Shown: positions 8,158 to 17,262, numbered from the stretch's first letter. The stretch is 17,950 nt of DNA from a bacterium (GCA_041640655.1 JBEPZV010000047.1:1-17950); one strand, 5' to 3'. A program made the numbers and translations. Notes: a model not told the origin generated them from the sequence alone.

Positions 8158-9238
8158 TTCGAGCCTGAGAGGCGAGCAGACGCAGCGGCGTCTCCGCGCG
8201 GGGCGCTGGCCGTCGCGCGGGGGGGTATTCGTGGCGGCCCTCGTTCTCTGGGTCGGCGCGAGCCTCGCGGTGCGGCCGCAGCAGGCACCCTCTCAGAAAC
8301 CGCAGCCTCAGCCGCGCGGCGAGGAAGCCGGGGATGTCGTCGCCCTGACGGCCGAACTGGTCATCCTCGACGTCACGGTCGTGGATCGCCGAAATCACGC
8401 GGTCGCCGATCTGGAGAAGGATCGGTTCCTCGTCTACGAGAACGGTGTGCGTCAGGAGATCGCCTTCTTCAGTCGAGAAGAGACGCCGGTGAGCCTCGGC
8501 CTGGTGCTCGATACCAGCGGCAGCATGCGGCGCAAGCTCAGCCGGGTCATCGCCGCCGCCAAGAGCCTCATGCGCCAGAGCCATCCCGAGGACGAGTATT
8601 TTCTGGTGGCATTCAAGGGAGAAGCGGAGCTGCTGGAGGACTTCACGCAGGATGTCGCCCTCATTCATGATGCCCTCGATAACCTGATCGCGAGCGGGCA
8701 GACGGCCCTCTTAGACGCCATCTATCTCTCGGTCGAGCACGCGCAGAAGTACGGAAAGCATCGGCGCAAGGCGATCGTCGTCATCACCGATGGGGAGGAA
8801 CGCAACAGCTACTACACGCGGGAGCAGGTGCTCGAGCGGTTACGCGGATCCGAGGTGCAGGTCTATGCCGTCGGATTCACCGAGGGCCTCGGCGAGGCCG
8901 CGATCTTCCGACAGACGGAGAGTCGCCGCCTGAGCGGCCAGGAGAAGAAAGCGCGCAAGCTTCTGGAGGACTTGGCTCGCGAATCCGGCGGGCGCGCCTT
9001 CTTCCCGCAGAGCCTGGACGAATTGGACACGATCGCCAGCACCATCGCGCGGGAGCTGCGCACGCAATATGCCATCGGCTACTATCCGAGCCATCCCGAG
9101 CGCGACGGGAGCTGGCGGACCGTTCGCGTCGAGGTCCTCTCGGATAAAGAGCGCGGGCCGCTCACGGCGCGAACGCGCGCCGGGTATTATGCCCTCAAAA
9201 GGGGCGCTTCCCCTCCGACGAAATCGCCGCCTCGATGA
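8138..9238 (+). CDS. Second VWA domain protein, acidobacterial VWFA-related type
   Basis: LVILDVTVVD, MIDAS DTSGS...GQTALLDA...ITDGEE, SGGRAFFP, ELRTQYAIGYYP, RTRAGYYA, plus a signal-like hydrophobic stretch. Start is uncertain: ATG 8138 overlaps the upstream gene by 20 nt, and an in-frame GTG lies at 8231. Confidence 0.88.
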   Translation: MRFRHSDSSLRGEQTQRRLRAGRWPSRGGVFVAALVLWVGASLAVRPQQAPSQKPQPQPRGEEAGDVVALTAELVILDVTVVDRRNHAVADLEKDRFLVYENGVRQEIAFFSREETPVSLGLVLDTSGSMRRKLSRVIAAAKSLMRQSHPEDEYFLVAFKGEAELLEDFTQDVALIHDALDNLIASGQTALLDAIYLSVEHAQKYGKHRRKAIVVITDGEERNSYYTREQVLERLRGSEVQVYAVGFTEGLGEAAIFRQTESRRLSGQEKKARKLLEDLARESGGRAFFPQSLDELDTIASTIARELRTQYAIGYYPSHPERDGSWRTVRVEVLSDKERGPLTARTRAGYYALKRGASPPTKSPPR

Positions 9239-9289
9239 GGCGATCCCTCACTCCGCTGCGCGTGGCGGGCCGATCTCACTCCCCCGGAT

Positions 9290-9796
9290 TCACGTCCGAG
9301 GCTCATCGGCCGTCGGCCCGTAGATCCACGGCAGCGGGACGTTCTGCATCCGGAGATAGACCGAGAGCTGTCCGCGATGATGGACGCTGTGATTGAGGAC
9401 GAGCGTGCGGAGGAAGGATAGGCGCGGCATCTCGTAGAGCACCTGCCCGCCGCGAAGAAGTCGCCATGAGGCGAGCAGATGCTCGTCGCTCGGCCCCTTC
9501 AAAGCCGCTTCCGCTCGGCGGATGTTCTCATCGTAGACGCGAAGCAGCTCGGCGACGTTCGTCGCCACATAGGGCGTGAATCCGGCAGTCACGAAGTCGA
9601 ACTCCGGCTGGGTCACGATCGCTTCCACCAGACCGGGCAACTCCGCTAAGTGTCCGGCCAATCGCCCCAACGTCATGGACCTCTCATGAGGAGCCCAGGT
9701 GAGGGCCGCTTCCGGCACTCGCTCCAGGAGTCTTCGCGTCGTTTGAGCTTCCTGCTGCAACTCGGTGAGGAAGAGATCGCTCAATCGCATCTTCAT
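9290..9796 (-). CDS. DinB/YfiT superfamily protein (putative metal-dependent thiol transferase fold)
   Basis: EAQTTRRLLERVP, W.PHERSMTLGRLAGHLAE, NHSVHHRGQLSVYLR...P.IYGPTAD (His triad). Start placed at ATG 9796 after GGGAGGGA; the track's extension to 10018 overlaps the PhzF gene. Confidence 0.88.
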   Translation of the reverse strand: MKMRLSDLFLTELQQEAQTTRRLLERVPEAALTWAPHERSMTLGRLAGHLAELPGLVEAIVTQPEFDFVTAGFTPYVATNVAELLRVYDENIRRAEAALKGPSDEHLLASWRLLRGGQVLYEMPRLSFLRTLVLNHSVHHRGQLSVYLRMQNVPLPWIYGPTADEPRT

Positions 9797-9858
9797 TCCC
9801 TCCCAGACGATGATCTGTGCGTCGGGTTCGCTCCCATGTGCCTCTGCATCATGAGGAC

Positions 9859-10659
9859 TCACCACAGCAACTCTCCGCGCCATACGGTGACGGCGCGCCC
9901 GCCCAGATGCACGCGCTCGCCCGCTACACGAACGCGGATGACACCTCCACGCGGGGAGGCCTGGTAGGCGAGAAGCTCCGTTCGCCCCAGTCGCTGGCTC
10001 CAGAACGGCCCCAAGCAACAGTGCGCCGATCCCGTGACCGGATCTTCAGGAACACCGACGCGCGGGGCAAAAAAGCGAGAGACGAAATCAAACGGCGGCG
10101 TGGCCGCTCGACTCGTGACGATGATGCCGCGCGTCGGGATCCTCTCCAGAGCGGCGAAGTTCAGAGCGAGCTGTCGCACCGCATCTTCGGATTCGACCTC
10201 CACGAGATAATCGAATCGGCTCCGCCCCACGAAAACCGGCGTCACGTTTAATCCCTCCAGCAGGGCGGGGGGAGCGGCGACCGGTTCAGCTGGCGTCGCC
10301 GGAAAATCCAGCTCGATCCATTCGCCGTGACGTATGGCCGCGAGCACGCCGCTCCGCGTCGCGAAGCGAATCGGCTCGTCCGATCGGACGTACCCCTCGG
10401 TCCAGAGGATGTGCGCGCTCGCCAGCGTCGCATGGCCGCACAGCTCGACTTCGGTGACGGGCGTGAACCACCGGAGCTGAAATCCCCCTTCGCTCGGCCA
10501 GAGGAAGGCCGTCTCCGAGAGGTTCATCTCTCGCGCGACGTGCTGCATCCACGCCTCATCGGCCGGCTGCGAGAGAACGCACACGGCTGCGGGATTGCCC
10601 GAGAACGGCGCCTCCGTGAACGCATCAACCTGAAAGAGAGGCACGCCCATCACCTTCAT
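9859..10659 (-). CDS. PhzF family isomerase/epimerase
   Basis: QVDAFT..PFSGNPAAV, EMNLSETAF, RWFTP..EVELCGHATLA, SRFFAP..GV.EDPVTGSAHC. RBS spacing suggests the real start may be 10653 or 10650. Confidence 0.93.
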   Translation of the reverse strand: MKVMGVPLFQVDAFTEAPFSGNPAAVCVLSQPADEAWMQHVAREMNLSETAFLWPSEGGFQLRWFTPVTEVELCGHATLASAHILWTEGYVRSDEPIRFATRSGVLAAIRHGEWIELDFPATPAEPVAAPPALLEGLNVTPVFVGRSRFDYLVEVESEDAVRQLALNFAALERIPTRGIIVTSRAATPPFDFVSRFFAPRVGVPEDPVTGSAHCCLGPFWSQRLGRTELLAYQASPRGGVIRVRVAGERVHLGGRAVTVWRGELLW

Positions 10660-10687
10660 CCTCCATGTGGCCTCCGACAGAAGAGGA

Positions 10688-10716
10688 AAATTAGCCGAAT
10701 CCCTTCCTGCAGTCGA
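10688..10716 (-). promoter_or_regulatory. Candidate sigma70 promoter of the PhzF-DinB pair
   Basis: Minus strand TCGACT (10716-10711)-N17-TAATTT (10693-10688). Confidence 0.35.
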
Positions 10717-10890
10717 GACACCGCGGGCGATTCAAATGAGACGTTCCAGAGCGCACGTGACATCTCAGCCTCCCTCGTGGCGTGTCGCGCCACCGGCGTG
10801 GGCGCAGTCGCCTCGAGCAGGACCGAAGCGGACAACGGGCGTCCGGTTCCGAACATCCCTATGGGCGTGAGACTCGAGGAGGAGGGAACA

Positions 10891-12348
10891 ATGAGAGAGC
10901 ATCCGTGGTCTCGTCTTCTCGGTGTCGGCGTGCTCTGCGCTTCGGTGGGGAGGGTTCCATCCCCCCTCGCCCTGTCTCAGAGCGTCACCACGATGCAGGA
11001 GGATCGGCAGCGCGTCACACTGACCATCTACAGCAACGACGTCGGCCTCGTGCGCGAGGTGCGCCGTCTGCGCGTGCCGCGCGGGATCGTGCGCATTCAC
11101 GTTCAGGACATCGCCAGCACGCTGGATCCGGCGACCGTCGTCGTGACGGTACGTGATCGCGAGGGTCCCTTCGCGGTGCTGGAGCAGGAGTACGCGCACG
11201 ATGTCCTCAAGCCCGAGCGGTTGCTCGAACGGTCGGTGGGGAAAGAGCTGACGCTCGTGCGCCGCCTCATGGCGAACGGTGTGGAACAATTGGTCCCGGT
11301 CAAGGCCGTGCTGCTCGCCTACCGCGACGGCCAGGCTGTGTGGAAGATCGGCGATGAGGTCGTCATTCAACCGGCGATCGCGGAGATCCGCTTCCCCTCC
11401 ATCCCGGAAGGATTACGGGCTCAGCCAGCGCTCATCTGGACCGTGAGGAACGAAGCCGGGAGCGAGCGCGAGGTGGAGTTGTCCTATCTGGCCAGCGGTC
11501 TTCGATGGGAGGCGCATTACGTCCTGATGGTGGACGAGGCCGAGCGCGCGGCCGATCTGAGCGCCTGGGCGACGGTCACCAACCAAAGTGGCATCGCCTT
11601 CCGTCAGGCCGAGCTGCGGCTACTGGCCGGCGAGATTCAGCGCGTCGGCCCTTCGCGTCCGCGCGGCGTCGAGGTGTACGCGCTCGCTCGCGAGGCACAG
11701 GTTCAACAGCCCGAGGCGCGGGAGCAGGAGGTCTTCGAGTACCACCGCTACACGTTCGATCGCCCGGTGACGCTCGAACAGAACGAGACGAAGCAGCTGG
11801 CTCTGGCCGCCGCTCGCGGGGTGACCCTGCGGAAGGAGTACGTGGTGACCGGACAGGCGTATTATTATCGCCAGCCGATCGAGCCCGGACAGCCAATCCG
11901 GGAGCCCGTGCGCGTGACGCTCAGCTTCAAGAACGCGAAGGACGCAGGCCTGGGACTACCTCTGCCGGCTGGCATCGTGCGAGTATATAAGAGGGATCCG
12001 CAGGCGGGCCCGCAATTCCTCGGCGAAGATCGCATCGCGCACATCCCCCGCGACGAGTGGGTGCGGGTGACCGTGGGGAGGGCTTTCGATGTGATCGCCG
12101 AGCGCCGACAGACGGCGTTCCAACGGATCGGTCGCGACGTCTACGAATCCGAGTACGAGCTGCTCCTCCGCAATCGCAAGGATGAGGACATCACCATCAC
12201 GGTCCTCGAATCCGTCGGCGGAGATTGGGAGATCGTGCATTCCACCTTCCCGTGGGAGCGGGCGGGAGCCTTCGCCATCCGTTTCACCGTCCCCGTGGCA
12301 CGCGGCGCTGAAGCCAAACTCGTCTATCGGGTGCGAGTGAGATCGTGA
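10891..12348 (+). CDS. DUF4139 (DUF4140/DUF4139-type) exported protein
   Basis: Start placed at ATG 10891 after GAGGAGGAGGG. Signal-like N-terminus, VTLTIYSNDVGLVREVR, LSYLASGLRWEAHY, LSAWATVTNQSG, EYHRY, GLGLPLPAGIVRVY, FLGEDRI.H.P, and a beta-rich C-terminus ending in YRVRVRS. Confidence 0.8.
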   Translation: MREHPWSRLLGVGVLCASVGRVPSPLALSQSVTTMQEDRQRVTLTIYSNDVGLVREVRRLRVPRGIVRIHVQDIASTLDPATVVVTVRDREGPFAVLEQEYAHDVLKPERLLERSVGKELTLVRRLMANGVEQLVPVKAVLLAYRDGQAVWKIGDEVVIQPAIAEIRFPSIPEGLRAQPALIWTVRNEAGSEREVELSYLASGLRWEAHYVLMVDEAERAADLSAWATVTNQSGIAFRQAELRLLAGEIQRVGPSRPRGVEVYALAREAQVQQPEAREQEVFEYHRYTFDRPVTLEQNETKQLALAAARGVTLRKEYVVTGQAYYYRQPIEPGQPIREPVRVTLSFKNAKDAGLGLPLPAGIVRVYKRDPQAGPQFLGEDRIAHIPRDEWVRVTVGRAFDVIAERRQTAFQRIGRDVYESEYELLLRNRKDEDITITVLESVGGDWEIVHSTFPWERAGAFAIRFTVPVARGAEAKLVYRVRVRS

Positions 12349-12351
12349 TCG

Positions 12352-13584
12352 TTAAGCCGCCAGTGGCGCGCTCTCCGGCGTCGCCTCTTCAAGAAGCGGA
12401 CAGCCAGGCGGCAGCGCGGCGAGCTTGCGCCGGATGATGTCGGGCGAATATTTCCCGACGTAGTGCACGATCGTCTCAACGCGAATCTTGATGCTGCCAG
12501 CTGGCTTGGTCGCGTCCAGATCGCCGAACTTGAAATAGAGCGTGCCCGAAGCCTCCACGATCTTCTGCGTCGGGGTGTAGGTCGGCTGATCCATCCCGCA
12601 TTCGTAGCTGGAGAATCGGATGACGCACGTGATCCACGGGAAGCGAGCCGCGACTTTCGCCCCCCAGAGGATCTCGTTCGTGTTGCTGCTGTAGGAGGAG
12701 GGCCACACGTCCGAGATGTCGAAGGGACTCTTGATCCGCCCGGCGCGGATCTCTTCGCCGAAGAGCCACTGCATGAGGTCATCGTCAATGGGGAAGTACT
12801 GCATCCAGAGGATCGGGAAGCCGTGCGCTTGCAGTTCGGCCTCGATCTCATGCCCGATACCAGGGTCCATGTGATACGGGCGCGCCAGCACGAGGATACA
12901 CGGACGATCATGGCGCGCGCACCAGGTGAGGATCTCCCGACTCTTCTGCCGCATCTTCTGATTGAAGGCTTCCAGGGCGCGGTATCCCGCCTCGACGGCG
13001 CGCGCCGTCTCTTCTTCGCTCAGATCGAGCGCGTCCTTCAGCGCCAGATAGAGTTGCTTCGGGACCTTCTGCGGCTCTCCGAGCGAGACAAACGGCGAGA
13101 CATAGCGAATCCCATTCTCGGCGAAGACGTCGCGCTCTTTGAGGAAACCCGCCTTGATGTTCTCCGGCCCGGCCATCACGCGCGTGCAGGTGAGGGTATC
13201 GAGCACATGCCCGCGCAGGAAGGAGGGGAGGGAGTAGATCATCGGGCTCAGCAGGATGTCAATCTTCTTCTTCTGCCCAAAGATCAGCTCCCCATAGTGC
13301 CCGCTCATGCATTTGACCGGGTAACAGCAATCCACCGTGCCGCGCCCCTTGCCGTACTCACGATATTGCTCCTCGGAGGTGTCCGAGCTGAAGACGATGT
13401 TCTCCGGGGCGATCCCCAGAGCCGTCAGAAAGCCCACCCAGAATTGATGCGTGCTCCAGATGTTGAGGACCTTCGGGATCCCCACCCGAAGGTGCGAGCG
13501 GTCCGGACGCGCGTCCTCAGACCGCGTGGGGGATGCGCCGGAAGCCCTCTTTCCGAACCAGGTCCGCAATATTGGGATACGCAT
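12352..13584 (-). CDS. DUF2229-type CoA-enzyme-activase-associated Fe-S subunit (equivalent to the central region of PlsA)
   Basis: RVGIPKVLN..FW..F..LG, DCCYPVK..GH, LARPYHMDPGIGH, SYECGMD, DLDATKPAGSIKIRVET. The start is doubtful because of a 68-nt overlap with the upstream gene. Confidence 0.8.
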   Translation of the reverse strand: MRIPILRTWFGKRASGASPTRSEDARPDRSHLRVGIPKVLNIWSTHQFWVGFLTALGIAPENIVFSSDTSEEQYREYGKGRGTVDCCYPVKCMSGHYGELIFGQKKKIDILLSPMIYSLPSFLRGHVLDTLTCTRVMAGPENIKAGFLKERDVFAENGIRYVSPFVSLGEPQKVPKQLYLALKDALDLSEEETARAVEAGYRALEAFNQKMRQKSREILTWCARHDRPCILVLARPYHMDPGIGHEIEAELQAHGFPILWMQYFPIDDDLMQWLFGEEIRAGRIKSPFDISDVWPSSYSSNTNEILWGAKVAARFPWITCVIRFSSYECGMDQPTYTPTQKIVEASGTLYFKFGDLDATKPAGSIKIRVETIVHYVGKYSPDIIRRKLAALPPGCPLLEEATPESAPLAA

Positions 13585-15700
13585 CTTTGGTCTTCTCCAA
13601 TTCGGCTTTGATGACCTTCATCTCGTTGACGTCTTCCACAAGCCCCTTGGGGCAGGAGTTGTTGACGATCACTCGCTCCCACCCCTCGGGGAGAGGGACT
13701 TTGCTCCAGGGACGCCCCTTCCCGCCCGGCAGCTCCACATCGATGAAACTGCGCTGGCAATTCACCGGACACCACTTGCAGACCGTGTCGGGAGAGGTCG
13801 TCGTCTTGTAGGTGAGGCTCTCGATGACGTCGAAGCCGCGGAATCGCGTGCGCCCGCCGCGCTCCCACCATTCGTGGGCCAGCAGCGCCGCGCCGATCGC
13901 GCCCGCCTCGCCCGAATAGGGATGGACGACGATCTCGGCATCCGGGACCTTCGACTTGATGAAGTCCACCTGCGCTTTGACGACGGCCAGGTTCTTGTGG
14001 GTCCCTCCCTGCAGGATGAATTTCCGACCGATCTGCGCGAGATTGTTCAGCCCCCCCGCGTAAATCCACACGTTCAGCGGGAGAATGGCGCAGAGCCCAG
14101 CGAGAATCTCCTCCGCCTGCCAGCCCTTGCGCTGCTGGTTGACGATGTCGCTTTGCAGGAAGACGCCACAGCCCATCGTCAATTGCGGCATCGCCTGCGC
14201 GCGAAAGGCGTAGTCGGCGATCTGATCAAGCGGGATCCCGAAGCGCTCCGCCACCCCCTGAAGGAACGCGCCGTTGCCCGAGGAGCATTGCGAGTTGAGC
14301 CGGAAGTCCGAGACCGTGCCGTTTTTGAGGATCATGATCTTGACGTCCACGCCGCCGACATCGCAGATGCAATCGGCATCGGGGAAGAAATAGAGGCCGG
14401 CCGTCGCATGCGCGATCGTCTCCACAATGGCGCAGTCGGCGCCGATGATCTCCTTGAGCAGGTCCTTCCCATAGCCGGTGATGCCGACGGCCAGAACCTC
14501 TCCCTCGCCGATCGCTTCGCGAATCTGGCGAAAGAGCGCCTTCGCGTCTTCGATGGGATTTCCTCGACTGAGGGCATAGCAGGAGAAGACCAGTTCTTTC
14601 TCCGGGGAGAGGCAGACGGCCTTGGCCGTGGTCGAGCCGAAATCGCAGCCGAGGATCACGCGCGAGAGGTCGGGCGCCGCGCGCCGGGGTGCGAGCCGCG
14701 AGGCGGCCCGGCCATTAGTCCCATTCCCGTACGCGCGCGCGAACGCCTCTAATTCCTCCGGCGTCGTCCACAGCCCCTTTCGCCCCTCCCGCTTCTTCTC
14801 CTCATACTGTCCCTCCTCGATCCACCATCGGAGCTTCTCCGTGCCTTGGTAGACCCCTGTCTCTTCCGGTTCGCGTCGCGCGATCTCGATACATCCAAGG
14901 GCCGCATAGTAGAGCGCATCTTTGGGGACGCAGATGAGCGAGGCCGGATCGCGATCCTCCGGCAGTGGGACCTTGCGCTCCTCCCAGATCTTGATCAGGT
15001 GATGGCGCCACGCCTCCTGCAGGCCCTTGAAGAAGAGGTTCGGTCCGCCCAGAAGCAGGACTTCGGGCATCGGCGTATTGCCGCGCGTGAGCGTCGCCAG
15101 ATTCTGATAGACGACGGCCTCGAAGAGCGAGGCGATGATCTCCTCGACCGGGACGCCCGCCTTGAGCAGCGTGTTGGCATCCGCCTCGGCGAAGATGCCA
15201 CATTTGCTGCTGATCTTGTGGAGCGGATATCCCTCGTAGCGCATCTCCGCGAGTTGTTCCAAGGGGATCTGCAGTTTCCGCGCCGTCTTCTCGATGAACG
15301 TGCCGGTGCCGCCCGAGCACGCGCTCTGCATGAGGACCTGCTTTCCCTTGGACTGTCCATCGCCGGTGAAGAAGATCGTCTTCATGTCCTCGCCGCCGAT
15401 CTCGCTGACGAATCGAACGGCTGGATGCAGCCGCTCGACAGCCGCCGCCACGGCGACGACTTCCTGGACAACCCGAGCGCCCACGAGCGAGGCGATCAGC
15501 CCCGCGCCGGAACCCGTGAAGAAGACGCGATCCCGCCCCGGTGTCAGTCCGTGCTCGCGCTCCAAGCGGGTGAGGAATTCGAGAACCTTCTCCGCTTGCC
15601 GCGTGTTATGTCGCTCGTAGGCGTGGGCGAGAAGGTCGCCCTCGGATGAGGCCAGGACATACTTGCACGTCGTGCTGCCGACATCAATGCCACAGATCAT
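13517..15700 (-). CDS. Tandem BadF/BadG/BcrA/BcrD (HgdC-like) ATPase activator with a C-terminal Cys cluster (equivalent to the N-terminal half of PlsA/Ger)
   Basis: Two ASKHA activator domains: GIDVGSTT/TGSG/EIGGEDMK/SACSGGTG/KCGIFAE/GGP and GCDFGSTT/TGYG/DVGGVDVK/SQCSSGNG/GCGVFLQSD/QGGT/GAIGAAL, followed by C-x2-C-x3-C-x34-C. RBS GAGGAGGGGAGG. Confidence 0.92.
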   Translation of the reverse strand: MICGIDVGSTTCKYVLASSEGDLLAHAYERHNTRQAEKVLEFLTRLEREHGLTPGRDRVFFTGSGAGLIASLVGARVVQEVVAVAAAVERLHPAVRFVSEIGGEDMKTIFFTGDGQSKGKQVLMQSACSGGTGTFIEKTARKLQIPLEQLAEMRYEGYPLHKISSKCGIFAEADANTLLKAGVPVEEIIASLFEAVVYQNLATLTRGNTPMPEVLLLGGPNLFFKGLQEAWRHHLIKIWEERKVPLPEDRDPASLICVPKDALYYAALGCIEIARREPEETGVYQGTEKLRWWIEEGQYEEKKREGRKGLWTTPEELEAFARAYGNGTNGRAASRLAPRRAAPDLSRVILGCDFGSTTAKAVCLSPEKELVFSCYALSRGNPIEDAKALFRQIREAIGEGEVLAVGITGYGKDLLKEIIGADCAIVETIAHATAGLYFFPDADCICDVGGVDVKIMILKNGTVSDFRLNSQCSSGNGAFLQGVAERFGIPLDQIADYAFRAQAMPQLTMGCGVFLQSDIVNQQRKGWQAEEILAGLCAILPLNVWIYAGGLNNLAQIGRKFILQGGTHKNLAVVKAQVDFIKSKVPDAEIVVHPYSGEAGAIGAALLAHEWWERGGRTRFRGFDVIESLTYKTTTSPDTVCKWCPVNCQRSFIDVELPGGKGRPWSKVPLPEGWERVIVNNSCPKGLVEDVNEMKVIKAELEKTKDAYPNIADLVRKEGFRRIPHAV

Positions 15701-15729
15701 CGCCTCCCCTCCTCACCGAACCGTCTGCA

Positions 15730-17262
15730 TCACGCGGCGACCGAGCGCCCCATCTTCCGCGCCAAATGGCTGACGTAGTTCGCCGCCGTGCCCGCGTATC
15801 CGTAATGAGGGATACGATAGGTGCTGCATTGGACCTCCGGATGCCGCTCTTCGTAGCGCCGAATCGCCTCCAGGGTGAGGCCGGTCTTGGCGAGCACCTC
15901 CTCGAATTCCGCCTGCGCGCGTCGCTTGGCCTCGGTCAGGATCATCTGGCATCGGGAGAGCGCGTGCACCTCCGCATCCCCTTTCACCTCGATCGGCGCG
16001 TAGAGCAGATCCGGATAGCGTCCGAGCACATTGGCCATCGCTCCGATGGACATCGTGTTCGGCATGCAGGAATAGGGCGACAGCTCGCAAATCATGTGCG
16101 CCTTCTTGTGCCGATAGGCGTAGAGCGCTTTCCCCACGAGCATGTGTCCCTCCCCGCCCCGCAGCTCGTAATGATAGAAGGGCTTCGCCAACTGCTTGAG
16201 CTCCTCCTGATCGGGAAGTTCGTAAGGGAGACCTCCAAGCGCCTTGCGAAAGCGATTGTAGACGAAATGATAGATGTGCTCCAACGCGCGGATGAGCGCG
16301 ATCTTCTTGCGATCGCGCTCGGCGCCCTTCCATTCTTCGGAGGTGATCGGCGAGTGCAACAGATAGTCGAGCCAGACGGCGATCGGCGGCGGGATGACCT
16401 CGGCGCCCTCCTGCTCGAGCCAGCGCTTGATGTTGTAATTACCCTCTCCCTCGTGCGTCTGAAGCCAGAACTCGCCGGTGATCTTCACCTTCGGTTTGAC
16501 CCGGAGCCGATCCACCCGAATGCTCGCCCATCGCTTCCTGACCTCGCGCAGGGCCTCAGTGAAGTAATCCGTCAGGACGTGCCAGGCGAAGATCTTCAGC
16601 TTCCCCCCTCGGAGCTTCGCCTGAGGCCGATTCCGAAAAACGTCGTAGAGGTACTCGATGCTCTCCCTCAGGACGCGATCCGTCTCTCCAGGAATGACCT
16701 CGTACGGGCGCGTCATGTACTCCAGATCGGTCAACACATCGGCGCACAGGATGGCCCAGACCAACCCCAAGCTCAGCGGGAGGTTGATCTCCAATCCCCC
16801 ACCATGGGTCGCCCCTTGATCCAGCTGGTTCTGCGCCAGGAGAAAGAGGCGGAAGTCTCGCAATCCGAGCCCATCGAGCGCCATCGTGTACGATTCGTGA
16901 TACTGACCGAAACGGCACGGACCGCACGCCCCCGCCGTCAAGAAGACATACCGCTTCACGACCTCATCTCGACCGTGCGCGGCCATCTCCGACTTGAGGA
17001 AGTTCACCAGATTCCCCGTCGTGAAGATCGTCGGACAACACGCGCCGACGTCAATCAGCTCCTTCCCCGCGTCCAGATCCGCCCGCGTGATGTTCGGAAG
17101 CGGCTGGGCCTTGTAGCCCAAGTTGTGCATCACCCCTTGAATCAACCGCTCATGCTTCCACGTCAGCCCTCCGAAGAGGATCGTCACCGTCGCGCGCTCC
17201 TCGCGCGTGAAGGGACGCGGTCGGTAGGCCGTGTAATGGTTGATCCTCGTGATCGTCTCCAT
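15730..17262 (-). CDS. 2-hydroxyacyl-CoA dehydratase-like Fe-S subunit (PlsR-like)
   Basis: GACCPTIFTTGNL, TAGACGPCRFGQY, KVKITGEFW..GNY...WLEQEGAEV, GGEGHM, SPYSCMPN. Start placed at ATG 17262 after AAGGAGGGG; the track's 17292 start lies inside the palindrome. Confidence 0.8.
   Translation of the reverse strand: METITRINHYTAYRPRPFTREERATVTILFGGLTWKHERLIQGVMHNLGYKAQPLPNITRADLDAGKELIDVGACCPTIFTTGNLVNFLKSEMAAHGRDEVVKRYVFLTAGACGPCRFGQYHESYTMALDGLGLRDFRLFLLAQNQLDQGATHGGGLEINLPLSLGLVWAILCADVLTDLEYMTRPYEVIPGETDRVLRESIEYLYDVFRNRPQAKLRGGKLKIFAWHVLTDYFTEALREVRKRWASIRVDRLRVKPKVKITGEFWLQTHEGEGNYNIKRWLEQEGAEVIPPPIAVWLDYLLHSPITSEEWKGAERDRKKIALIRALEHIYHFVYNRFRKALGGLPYELPDQEELKQLAKPFYHYELRGGEGHMLVGKALYAYRHKKAHMICELSPYSCMPNTMSIGAMANVLGRYPDLLYAPIEVKGDAEVHALSRCQMILTEAKRRAQAEFEEVLAKTGLTLEAIRRYEERHPEVQCSTYRIPHYGYAGTAANYVSHLARKMGRSVAA

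Noticed and set aside
9243..9285. Short repeated CTCACTCC motif between the convergent VWA and DinB genes
   Set aside because: Only two short copies, with no convincing hairpin or U tract.
9859..10659. Phenazine biosynthesis cluster
   Set aside because: Only a lone PhzF-family gene is present, with no phzA/B/D/E/G.
10327..10890. N-terminal extension making the DUF4139 ORF 673 aa
   Set aside because: It overlaps the PhzF gene antisense and the intergenic region. A strong RBS and a signal-like sequence point to ATG 10891.
12352..17262. Canonical benzoyl-CoA reductase (bcrABCD) or hgdCAB operon
   Set aside because: Fused double activator, Cys tail and DUF2229-type subunit fit the PlsA-like family better, and no aromatic-degradation or glutamate-fermentation genes are adjacent. 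Not fully excluded without a phylogeny.
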